NCBI GenBank assembly: GCA_051294375.1
Contig: CM119269.1
Coordinates: 16,887,030-16,951,029, forward strand
DNA: 64,000 bases
Source of the DNA: Paraspadella gotoi
Lineage: Eukaryota > Animalia > Chaetognatha
Direction of reading: 5' to 3'
Shown here piece by piece: positions 27,747 to 39,674 of this stretch. The notes under the pieces were generated by a model, which saw only the letters and a program-made list of their open reading frames with translations, had not been told where the DNA came from and ran no database searches. The first letter of the stretch is position 1, and the number at the start of each line of letters is the position of its first letter. Both the position numbers and the translations under genes were made by a program.

Positions 27747-29545
27747 CGAGCAGTAAAAACATATTTTCTGCATTTGGAGAGAGCGAAAATAAAAAGTCCT
27801 TTCTCGTTGTGAGGCTTCAGCTTCACTCTGGCGATTATGTGAAAAAATGGGATTGAAGCGTCACTCGTTCGGTCCTTCTCTCCTTTTGTTTCGCAGAGTC
27901 GAGTTGCTTTCTTTTTTTTTTAGTGCTGAGTCGGATTGCTCTTTTGTTTCGCAGAGTCGGTTTGGATTTTTTTTTTTTTTTTTTTGCCATGATGGATTAT
28001 TTATTTTAACTGAGTTGGATTGTTTTTAGTCGGATCTGCTTATCAGCAGATTCCGACTCTATAATTCACTTTGTCGGTCCGTCGGTCTCCCCCCCAAATC
28101 TTGTCGGGCATTCACTTGAGTCACGTTTACTTGAATCTTTTTGCTTATAATTACTCTAATTAATCCTAATTGGAATTTTGTGAGTAGGAAGGAAAGTAAG
28201 TGCTTGAACTGAATTTAAAGTTTTGATGGAATCGTGCTTGTGGAAATGAGTTTAAATGAAAAAAAAATTGTGACTTTTACTTCTTTTTTTTTAAATTTTG
28301 ATCAGTTTACCAGGCAGATCCGACATTGTTTGCTAAAACTTGTTTTAGTTTACTTAGGTCGCATTTTTTATGATTAAGATTGCTTTTTTTTTTCTTTCCT
28401 TCATCAGATTACCTTGATTTTTTTCCCTGATTCCTCTTTTTTTACTTTTATTGCAGAGTCGGTTAGCTCTTTTGATTTTACCGAGTCGGACTGCTCTTCT
28501 TTTTTTCTTTGCTTGAAATCTTTTGAAGCGCGAAAATCCATTCTGCTCGGAACCGAGCGAAGTGAGGGCGGATCGAGTTCACGCCTTCACGGGTTCGGGC
28601 GGTCACGCCCCTTTCCCCTTCCCCCCGGCGAAAGAAAACAAGGAAAAAAATAGGGTCGAGTGATACAAGATGGAAAATGTCACAAAAAACATATGTCAAA
28701 ACATATGTAAAATTTGATATTGAAGAAAGAAAGCAAGAAAGAATGAAATCGTCGATGACCTCTTTCGATTCCATTTCGCGAAATTGTCCCACATATTGGC
28801 GTGCAGTAGGATTTTTACAAAAGCCGTTGTTGTTAATTAAAAAAAAAATAATACAAAAGTTTCAAAATTCAATTTGGTTTGATGGTCACAAGTAAAATAC
28901 TTATTTTCGACGTTGATTTCTTTTCCTCTGAATTATATAATATAATTCTCCTTTTTCTCTCATGTTTGATGCATTTTTTCCTTTTTTTTCAAATTTATAT
29001 ATTTTTAAGTAATATTATTTTTCTTTTGTCTTGTTTTTATTTCTTATTTTCCCCCGCAAACTCTTTTTTCTGAATCTGTTTTCTTCTTTATCTTTTTTTT
29101 GGTTTTTCCCATAAATGTTTTCAATTACTTTTCTCCCTAATTTTTTTTCATTAATTTTTTTCTTTACGTAATTTAATAAATTTTATATTTTCCTTTTTTT
29201 TTTCTCAACAAAATCCGGTCGAACGCCATTGTGACGTCGCTCCGACACCAGATCGACGTAAATCCAACGCCAGTCAAATGCCAAAGCGACGTGAAAAAAG
29301 ATGGAAGCCTCGCAATAATGTCCACCGAACGAGAAGGTGATCAGCTGGACATTGTCGACGTTTAATGCACAGACGATACAATTGAACATCGTTCGCGCCA
29401 ATCGCGCGCCAACGCCAACGCGAATGGCTGAACGAGGAAGTAGAAACCGCGCGCCACGCACCACGCGGCGAATACAGAGAGAGAGTGATGGAGAGAGTGG
29501 AGAGAGAGAGGGCGGGAGGGACGAAGAAAGGAAAAAAGAGGGAGG

Positions 29546-29591
<46 letters not shown>

Positions 29592-30078
29592 ACAAGAGTA
29601 ATGTAACATCCAAGAAATGTTTCCTACCGAAAAATGGGATTTTAACTTTTGATTACATGTCTCATTCCTTGAAATTAAAAAAAAAAAATCACCATTCAAA
29701 ATTCACGAAACGTGACTGGCGATAATCGGTGAAAAATTGAAAGAAAGGGAAGGGGAAGGAAACAAATAAAAAAGATGGCAGAATAAAGGGAAGAAAGGGA
29801 AGGGGAGGAAAGAAAGATGGCAAGAAAAAGAAAGGAAGGAGGAGAAAGTGGAAATAAAGGGAAAAGTAGAGTCTCGTCTTACTAAAAATAGATAATATCG
29901 AAAGCAGAAGGATTAAGGAGTCAAGGAACCGCGAAGAGAGAAGCAAGGACCCGAGGAACTGACATGGCGATACGCGTGTTGCATCGACGGAAAAGAAGAT
30001 TCAGGTTAATTACAGTCAAAGTAGCTATATGACCTGCAAAGGAAGTTAAATCTGAAGCATATATTTCTAAATATTATT

Positions 30079-30144
<66 letters not shown>

Positions 30145-31580
30145 TCTCTCTCCATAGTATTAGCTACACCTATACCTAACTGCAACCACTGTTACTACAA
30201 ATCTGTTTTACATGCAAGAGCTGTTTTACAGTTGAGGCTAATTATCTTCAAGTTCATGAAAAGCTTTTTTCTCGTTTCTAACTTAATTACAGAGTCTCTG
30301 TCAGAGACGAATCCGTTCGGTTGCGTCGCGTCGCTTCAGCAAAATCCTTTAAATTGTAACAGTTTATTACAAAATCTTTCCATGAATTTATAAAAGATTT
30401 CAGAAAAGGACTATTGTCGTCCCTTGTTCGATAATTCCTTTTTTTTTTAACCTTAGCTTAGTTTATGTCTTTCCTTAATTTGTAAATACTCATGAATAGT
30501 GTCATTATAAAATCCTTTTTTTTTTAATCGAACAAGAGAGTTAAAAGTTTTAACTTAAAACGTCAGTCATGATGCATTTTATTATTTAATTAAAGCTTTG
30601 GAAGCCATGGATGGTTTGGCCTAATTTGGGTCGACGGCGTGTCTAGCGATTAAGCCATAAGCTAAGGGAAGTTTCGACCGAAAATAAAACCTGTGACCTT
30701 CACTTTTAAAAATTAATATTTAATAGAGAAAAACTAAATTAAAAATAGTTTTCTGGTTCTATTTCGTTAAAATTATGTTCTACTGTACACGTTTCTACAA
30801 TTCGAGCGAAATTGAAATAAAAAAAACAAACAAACAAACATATGAAAGCGATGGGGTGACAGAATCCAACGGGAGAAAGAGATTCTAAGTTGTTTTATAT
30901 GAAAATTAAAAATGAGCGTTTATGAAGATTACAAAATGAAAAAAAAAACAAGATCGGTCAATCAAATTATGACTTTATTTTCACGTGTATTTCCATGTGA
31001 TCACATGACTACATGACTATGAAATTTATGTAATACAAACGTCTTATGGTTGACTCAAACAACCCGACATTACAAAAAATATGCCGCATTTACTTTTTGA
31101 TTTAAAAGCATTTAGTAATATCTTACCAGTCTGCCAAGTATTAACTAAAAGGACTCAGTATTTCGTGAATTATGCCGAATTACATTTTAATAATGATTTT
31201 ATCCTATGTATTTCTAGGTTGTTTCGACATGTCCTGCATTGGAATTCTGTCTTTTATTTTTTTAAACAAAAGGCTGCGCTAAATTAGAGGGTTTTTTCTG
31301 TCATAACAAATGAGCAACCAAGTATTGATTAGTTAGGTGAGTTAGGTGCTTTTTTAAGTGGGACAGACCTACCGACTGACCGACCGAAAAGTGACTCCGA
31401 GTAATTGTGAGTACTCAGCGAGTAATCACTGCGCAACTAAAAATTAAGAAGAAAAGACAAATAAATATTCATCCTTGGAATTACAATGATTTTTTTTTTT
31501 CTAAAACTGGACATCGATGACCCGCCACGATCGCGGTCGTCGTCGTCTTCGTCGTCGTCGTCGTCGTCGTTTCGTCATCT

Positions 31581-31747
31581 TCATCGACGTTGCTTGCTTT
31601 GCTTGATCTTCCTCTTCCTCCTCCTTCGCTCTTCCCGTCCGTAACCACGGCAACTACGACAACAGTTTTTCTTGTAGTAGCCGTAACTGCAGAGTCGAGC
31701 TTGCACCACGAGATGGCAGTTGGAAAATTTGTCTTTGCACTTGGTTT
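31581..31747 (-). CDS. THSD4: THSD4/ADAMTSL-like gene, terminal coding exon: PLAC domain plus polybasic tail
   Basis: Acceptor cctttctccctcacag; translates (E)[54 protein letters not shown]. The six-Cys PLAC pattern with VVQARLC-Y-YY matches THSD4/ADAMTSL4 as recalled; orthology not computed. Confidence 0.9.
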
Positions 31748-31837
31748 CTGTGAGGGAGAAAGGAAGAGAGAAATGTAGTGAGAGAGAGAGAGTCAAAATC
31801 ACCAAGCATCATCGACAACCATAACAACAACACTCAC

Positions 31838-32090
31838 CCTTCTTTCTTCCTCTAACGTCCTCTCTCGATCTCGCGTCTTGAACGGCGCATTGGAAGGCGT
31901 TGCAGATTTCCCTCTCTCTCGGCCTCGTTTTGGAGTCGCAGACCGGGCTGGCGCCGCTGCCCTCGATGGCGACGCGGCTGACGCGGCTGGCGCTGCCGAA
32001 GCCATCGCTGTCGAAGGCTTCGTCGTCGCTCGAGGAGAACATGCATTTGACTTGACGACTTCGGTATCCCGTGTCGCAGGATTTCGTGCA
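31838..32090 (-). CDS. THSD4: THSD4-like exon, TSP1 repeat 6
   Basis: ttcag|TGC...AAG G|gtgagt, 253 nt, phase 0 to 1; CTKSCDTGYRSRQVKC...CDSKTRPREREICNAFQC. Confidence 0.9.
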
Positions 32091-32211
32091 CTGAACCCAA
32101 GTAAAAAATGTCGTTATTATGAATTAGCATTAATATAAACATTTTTTGTATGAATATATTTTTTTTTTATGAACAGAAAGAAAGAGAGAGAGATGTTGAT
32201 GAACTCGGGGT

Positions 32212-32300
<89 letters not shown>

Positions 32301-32335
32301 AATAGAAATCAAAAACAGAACGCCACTCTGTTTAC

Positions 32336-32578
32336 CTCCGTCCATTCTGTTGTAAACCAGTGACCGCGATTGACGTCGCAGGCGCTCCCGGCGTCACCGC
32401 CGCCGTCACTGCCGCCGCCGCCGACGCTGCCGACGCTGCCGACGCAGGCTTCAGTCGACGCCGGCTTCTCTTGTCCGTTACACGACGCCGCGTCGACGAC
32501 GGAGAAGCGGGCGCCGGCGCCGAGACGAAGACAGGCGACGCCGCGGCGACGAATGCCGGCGCCGCAGGAAGAGGAACA
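32336..32578 (-). CDS. THSD4: THSD4-like exon, TSP1 repeat 5 and start of repeat 6
   Basis: ccaag|TGT...GAG|gtaaac, 243 nt, phase 0 to 0; CSSSCGAGIRRRGVAC...CNGQEKPASTEAC...HWFTTEWTE. Confidence 0.9.
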
Positions 32579-32585
32579 CTTGGAA

Positions 32586-32635
<50 letters not shown>

Positions 32636-32650
32636 TGAATGGTTGATTGG

Positions 32651-32681
<31 letters not shown>

Positions 32682-32712
32682 CTTAATTGATTGATTGATT
32701 GATTGATTGATT
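32586..32712 (+). repeat. (ATTG)n microsatellite directly adjoining an exon acceptor
   Basis: Directly visible; reads (CAAT)n on the sense strand just upstream of tttccaag|. Confidence 0.95.
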
Positions 32713-32843
32713 AATTTTAGTGGTTAATTTATTCAATTTTTATGGATTAATTCAAGTTGATTTCATTATTTGGGGTTTTTTTTATAGTTGGCTGAACGAT
32801 AAATTGATTAATTGATTGATCGATCTATTGCACGGCCGCCTAC

Positions 32844-32944
32844 TTGTTCCCACTGTCCGACGAACCACTGCCCAACGCATTCCTTCTGTTCGCTCAGCGG
32901 GCAAGCCTTTCGACTCTTCGGCCGTTTGCCTTTGCAAGTTTTTT
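32844..32944 (-). CDS. THSD4: THSD4-like exon, end of TSP1 repeat 4 and start of repeat 5
   Basis: ccacag|AA...CAA|gtaggc, 101 nt, phase 1 to 0; (E)KTCKGKRPKSRKACPLSEQKECVGQWFVGQWEQ. Confidence 0.88.
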
Positions 32945-33637
32945 CTGTGGACAATGTTTAAATGATACAGATACCGCTCGTGTCTCTGTTTTTCTTAGTT
33001 TACGCTTATTTAATATTCATTCGTGCGACTTCTTTCGTCACTAGAGAGAAAATTCAACGGGCTTCGAAACAACTTTTATTCATGGAACTTCTCGCTCGGC
33101 AAAGTTTTTTTTATTTTCCAGAATTTTCCAGAATGAAATGTTATTAAAATTCCCCCCCCCTTCGTTTCGCGTCATGCTGTTGCGTTTTAATCATCGCATA
33201 CGATTTAAAACTCGTTGCAATATGAATTAGTTTATATTTTTGTGTTTTATTATGGATTCTTTTGAAAAAATTAACTCAATAACCGGGAAGACGCTATCAC
33301 ATATTTGTGGAAATAGATCCCTCATACTTTTCTTTCTAATGGAACAGCGAGGGAGAGTCGCCAATCTGACTCACGAGTTTAAGAATAACTGATATAAACT
33401 ATATCAATAAACAATTATAATTAAATAATTTAAATTATAAAGGGGACTTTAAGATATTCTATATTCACTATAATCACTATAGTCACATACAGAACTCTTT
33501 TCAAATATACTACTGATTTATATGGTTCCTTTGGGATTTTAAGGAGAACACTTACAGAAATTGGGTTAGATCGAATTTAAGTATGATCGATTTAGATATG
33601 ACTGTGACCTTTTTTCATTGTAACCATCAGGACTTAC

Positions 33638-33755
33638 CCGTTTTAGGTAGGACGCTGTTTTGACGAAAATCTGCCAGAAATGAGGAGAAAGACGAAGAAT
33701 GAAGAGGACAAGTCACTTGGCGATGGTAGAAACCGTTGCCGCAAGGTCCTTCGCA
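33638..33755 (-). CDS. THSD4: THSD4-like exon, TSP1 repeat 4 core
   Basis: gatttag|TGC...ACG G|gtaagt, 118 nt, phase 0 to 1; CEGPCGNGFYHRQVTCPLHSSSFSSFLADFRQNSVLPKT. Confidence 0.88.
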
Positions 33756-34033
33756 CTAAATCAAAATATGCTAATATGCTAATTCTAAGTTTTTTCTCGT
33801 ACGACAATTATCTCCGTGAGATCTAAAAACGGATAATTGGACATTGCCATCGTACTTTTTTTTTAGATTTCGCCAACCAATAATAACGAGTTCTATTAAC
33901 TTCTTTTCAAAATACCAACTACCAACCAACCATCTCCGAGACTAGATCAATTCATTCACATCTCTAAAGTTATATATCATTCTATCACTCTCACCTACAT
34001 CAACCTCACCGACCGACCGACCTCACCCCTCAC

Positions 34034-34210
34034 CGTTTTGGACCACTCGGTGACGAACCACCGATCTCGGACGCAGGATCCCAGGTCGCACACAACGGCG
34101 ACTTCCGGTTTCGGCAGCGCCGCGCAACGAGCGGCGTCGACGGTGGAGCGGCGCGAGGTGGCGCAGACGACGGAGCGGCGCCGCTCGCCTTTTCCGCAAG
34201 TGACGGAACA
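34034..34210 (-). CDS. THSD4: THSD4-like exon, TSP1 repeat 3
   Basis: ctccag|TGT...ACG|gtgagg, 177 nt, phase 0 to 0; CSVTCGKGERRRSVVC...CDLGSCVRDRWFVTEWSKT. Confidence 0.92.
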
Positions 34211-34381
34211 CTGGAGGGGGAGAAAAGGTGAGGCTGGGGTGAGGAAGAATCGTCGTCGCGGATGATGGGTAAATTTTTTTCATTCTTTAAACTGCCTGCG
34301 GTCGGCGGGGGGCGATTTTTGACTTTTGAATCATGCAAAAAATGAAAGAAAAGAAAGGAAAGGAAAAGAAAGAGTGAAATT

Positions 34382-34447
<66 letters not shown>

Positions 34448-35099
34448 TTCATGTTACTCCAACTAATTTCTTTTTTTCTTCCTGCTCATAAAATTACGAC
34501 GTCGCTTACTCGGCTGGCGCCGACATCGTCATTCGTCATTCGTCATTCGTCATCATCATCATCATCATCATCGTCATCATGATCACCATCGTCGTCGTCG
34601 TCGTCGTCGTTGTCGTCGTCATAATCGTCATAAACGTCGTCTACAAAAACTTGTAAGAGTGATGTAGGTTTTAAACCATCAAAGCCTGTCCAAAGTCAGG
34701 GTCAAGATAGCTTATTTATTAAATGAATGGATAATTTTTATATTGGTTGTACCAATTTCATGAAAAGTATTAGCGTTCGTGACTCTCTCCGCGTTCAAGG
34801 AAAAACAAGTTTTTACTAAACAACAACAATCAGCTTCGCTTTTTTCGAAGAAAAACATCACGCGCACGCGCACAGCAGCAACGCCCTTTCTGAACTCATA
34901 CTATCAAGACGAGTATACCGATCCCGCCCGTCGTTCTGGCTCGATAGCGAGGCCCTGTGATATTTTTCGTCATCCACCGTACTAAGATCTTATAGTGGGC
35001 CGCGTTGGCGCATGGTGTCATGTCGACATTCAACAATCCCTGCCATGTCTCTCTCTCTCACACACACACATCCTTCTACCCCCCTTCCTATCGACTTAC

Positions 35100-35301
35100 G
35101 TTCCCCCACGGGCCGGGCTTCCACTCCACGCAATCCCCGGCGTCGCAAGTTTTCTCGGCGGCCGGTTTGGCGCCGCTTACGACGACGCCGCCGCCGCCGC
35201 CGCCGACGCCGCAGAGTTTGGCGTCGATACCGACATCGACGCCGCCGACGCGACGAACGCAGGTGATGTCTCGACGTGCGACGCCGACGCCGCAGGTGGC
35301 G
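35100..35301 (-). CDS. THSD4: THSD4-like exon, TSP1 repeat 2
   Basis: caccag|C...AAC|gtaagt, 202 nt, phase 2 to 0; (S)ATCGVGVARRDITC...KPAAEKTCDAGDCVEWKPGPWGN. Confidence 0.92.
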
Positions 35302-35458
35302 CTGGTGGAGAGGGAGATGGGATGGAGCGGGAGTGAAGGAGAAGGGAAAGAGATATATGTATCATAACGCTTTTTATAAAATTTAATTACACGTAAGTCT
35401 TGCTAATCACTCGTTAAAACAACTGTCGTGAATTGAAATTAATAGTAAAAAAAAGGAG

Positions 35459-35553
<95 letters not shown>

Positions 35554-36651
35554 AAAATAAAGAGGTTAAGAAAGAAAGAAATAAATAAAAGAAAGAAAGA
35601 AAAGCCATTTAAATTCTATATTGGTGTCATGTCGGGCGTCTCGCCGCTTCTTCCCGCGAGAAAAGCTATCGGAAGACGAAATTGAAGGTCTGAGTGGAAG
35701 CGGCGTCAAAAGATGACGACGATCATGACGACGATGACGACGACAGTGATGATGATGATCATGACGATGATCACGATCATGCTTATTAAACGTTTTTAAC
35801 AGAAAATTACAATGGAGGATTTTTTATAACATTTACATAAATTTCGGTTTTAAAATCATTTCGATTTGCCAAAAAAAAAAACGTACCAAATGACAACAAA
35901 GTGCCAGGTTGTTCGAAAATGAAATTTGGATCAAACGAAATGAATTGAATCAAAAAACGAAAAAATAAAGACGACGATGACGACGACGACGACGACGACG
36001 TCGACGACGACAATGACGACAATGACGCGGAAATCTTATGTATAATTCACGTCCTTTTCGATTTCACGCAGCGAAAATAGCGTCGATTTAGAGCCGAAGG
36101 TCGCGGGTTCGCGTCTTATTTTTGAGAAAAAAGAACAAAAGCGATAATTGAATTCGAATGTTAAAAATTGTGCGTGGGATTAAAAAAAATATGGAAAAAA
36201 TTGGAAAAAAAAGAGGGAACATATAGATATGAATTGAGGTGACAGAAAATTTTGAAGCGAATAAAAAAATGGAAAATCAAATTTAAAAAAAAAAACCTTT
36301 GGGTCAAAAATAAACCAAGGTTTAAAAACTGTCTTTAAGTCACAAGATGAAGAAAATAATCGTTTTGAAAAAAAATCAATTTCAAATAATAGAAAATGTA
36401 TTGAATCTGTAGTGAAACGAATAGTAATAATAATAGTAATACGAAAACCAAAATACAACGAAAATAGTAACCAAACAAACCCACGTTTCTCTTTCCTCAT
36501 TCGATCCATTAATCAAACTTTTTTTTTCTCTCCCGTTTTTTTTCCTTCTTCGCTTCGTCGAATCTTTTCTTCAGTCAAGCGCCTCTTTTCTTCTCTCGTC
36601 TTTCAGATTTCCCTTTTCTCATTTCAGATTCCCAAATTCTTAAGAGTTAAG

Positions 36652-36773
<122 letters not shown>

Positions 36774-36922
36774 ATAACAAGAATCGATAATAATGAATCC
36801 AAAAATCGTCCCCGCAATCACGACACAATTGCGCTCTATTATTTCTCTTGATGAAAAGTAAATTCTGATAACCGATTCTAAAAACCAAAATAATAATTCA
36901 ATCAATCAATCAATCTCCTCAC

Positions 36923-37082
36923 CTGCAAGGGCCCCACTCGCCCACGCGCCACTCCGGCCGACAGGCCTCCGTGTTGCAGGCGACGGTCTGCGGCGCCGGT
37001 TTCGTGCCGGCGTCGCAAAAGGCGTCGTCAACGATGGAGGCGTCGTTGCCACGGAAGCAGCGGAAGCGAGTTGATTGGGTGC
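36923..37082 (-). CDS. THSD4: THSD4-like exon, second half of TSP1 repeat 1
   Basis: cccttcag|GC...TGC AG|gtgagg, 160 nt, phase 1 to 2; (G)TQSTRFRCFRGNDASIVDDAFCDAGTKPAPQTVACNTEACRPEWRVGEWGPC. Confidence 0.92.
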
Positions 37083-39635
37083 CTGAAGGGAGAATGGATC
37101 GTTGGCGACTTTTATCTAATATTCACGAGACGTAAAAAGTGAATCTCTATTCTCGAGTGACCGGAAATTCGGTGCCAAAAATAGCGTCAATTTGCGTCGG
37201 AGTTTTGAAAGCCAAATTCACGGAATGACATCGACTCGGTTTTTCATATTTTGTCGCAAATGGATTCGCAGATTATGAAAATTTGCAAATTACTTGTTTC
37301 ACTATTTTTCATTTTTTTATTTTAATATTTTTATGAAGGATTTAGTATTTAATCTATATTATTTATTCAAACATATATTGCTTTCTTTTTTAAAAATGTT
37401 TTATTTATCTAATAATTCAATTTGGGAAGGGGAAGTCAGTGTTGTCTTCTGGAAATAGAGGGAGCATCTATACAACACAAGGTTAGATTACTATCTGTCC
37501 TAGTTTTCTAATAGATATCACACATCATTTCTGTTAGAAAGTCATTAATGAAAAATCATAATATCTAAGAGGCTGAACAGAAAGGGGTGGGAATGGATAA
37601 TTTTTTGAGGGACCAACGTTATATATGATTTTTTTACCAATAGGGATAAGACTACCATGTAGAATTGTATGTTCTGATAGGGATACATACTGGGGAAAGG
37701 TCTATAGGGGCAATGAATCATTAGGGGCGGGCGGCCTTTTAAAAATTCCAGAATTTGAGAGCAATCATCTTAGTGAAAATATCTACTAAAGCATTGTAAA
37801 CGTAAACGTAAATGGTAAAAGTTTTAATTAAATTATTAAATACGTCCCTCGCTAAAAAAAATTAATCAGAATTTAAAAAAAACTTTTCAAAATAAAAATA
37901 ACGATACTGAAACATATAAGGAAGTAGCGAGAGCAAAAATAGCGTGTTTCCACGAGGAAAAAAAAATAAGAATCGCCGTTCAAAGTCACGAAATGAACGC
38001 CTTCATTAGTCGCAGTCGTTGGACGAGAAACAAGTCATCACCCACACTTTGCTTTATACAATATATACCAATGTTTTCAAAATCTGCAGTCAAGTTATAA
38101 GCGATATTCCGGCGAAAACTATAATATGAAAGATTATCTTCAGGTTGGAACCCAGTATTTTTAAGATGGGTTGAAACAGTGATGACTGTCGGCCGCTTTA
38201 ATTGGTTGGCGATTTTGAATTAATGAAACTCTGTTAATTAATTAAAAATAATAATTAAAATATAAAATGTGACCTTTTCCAACTGTTCGGCCTATCTTTT
38301 CAAAAAAATATGCTTTCACTTCCTTATTCTTGTTAAAGATCCCAGTAATTTTTTCAACATCTCAAAACAGAGAGGAATTATTTTTCTTCTTTTTTATATC
38401 GGTCATTTGCGACTGAAAACGAGAAACAGTGAAACCGAAGAGTAAATGGCGATTGCGCCTGCGCGGGGAAATAAATGTCCTCGTAACCATTAGACACATG
38501 AAAGAGAAGCCAATGGTGATATTAGCGCCCTCGACGCTCGACGGCCATTCTCGCGCCATCGCGTGGAAAAGGAGAGAAAGAGGGTGGAAAACTTCTTTAT
38601 CCATAACTCGAATCCTGAACCATAATCCTTTTAACCAGTTTCTATTCGAATCTCTTTGTTAATATGGAACTATAAGGAACTATATAGATGAAAAAAAGGA
38701 GATTTCATGATGGAAAAATGAAATGATGATGTTGTGAAAAGAGGATAAATGAAAAAAGTGATGTAGTTGGAAAGTGGTGGATTTAGGTGGGAGAANNNNN
38801 NNNNNATTGCCGCTTCTGCTTGGGTTCCGATTGTTTATCAGCGCAATGACGACAACGACGACTATGACAACGACGACGACGACNNNNNNNNNNNNNNNNN
38901 NNNNNNNNNNNNNNNNNNNNNNNNNNNNNNNNNNNNNNNNNNNNNNNNNNNNNNNNNNNNNNNNNNNNNNNNNNNNNNNNNNNNNNNNNNNNNNNNNNNN
39001 NNNNNNNNNNNNNNNNNNNNNNNNNNNNNNNNNNNNNNNNNNNNNNNNNNNNNNNNNNNNNNNNNNNNNNNNNNNNNNNNNNNNNNNNNNNNNNNNNNNN
39101 NNNNNNNNNNNNNNNNNNNNNNNNNNNNNNNNNNNNNNNNNNNNNNNNNNNNNNNNNNNNNNNNNNNNNNNNNNNNNNNNNNNNNNNNNNNNNNNNNNNN
39201 NNNNNNNNNNNNNNNNNNNNNNNNNNNNCTTAAAATGATCATAATGAGAGGAAGCTTGAACAAAATCATGTCGTAGTTTCCCTCAGCTCTATTCCAAAAA
39301 ATCAATTTTAAAGAACTCCAAAAATTTTAATAATTCAATTTTTAAAAAATGTGGAGAAGCGCGCAGAGAGAGAATCGCTGGAGAGAGACCGAATGACTGA
39401 CGCGACGGGAGAAAACGAGAAACGCAGTGGAAAATCCGTAACGACACGTTTAACTGAAGGCATTTTTCTCTCTCGACCGCAATTTACAACCGCCCACTGT
39501 CATTTGTTCCAGACTGATTCACCATCTTTCCTAGGAGGAGGAGGAAGAAGAGGAAGAGGAGGAAAACTGGGCAGTGGAATCGATAAACGGGGAACGGGTC
39601 ATGGAAATGAGTAGTGAGCAATCATGCGCGACGGG

Positions 39636-39640
39636 GTGAT

Positions 39641-39674
<34 letters not shown>

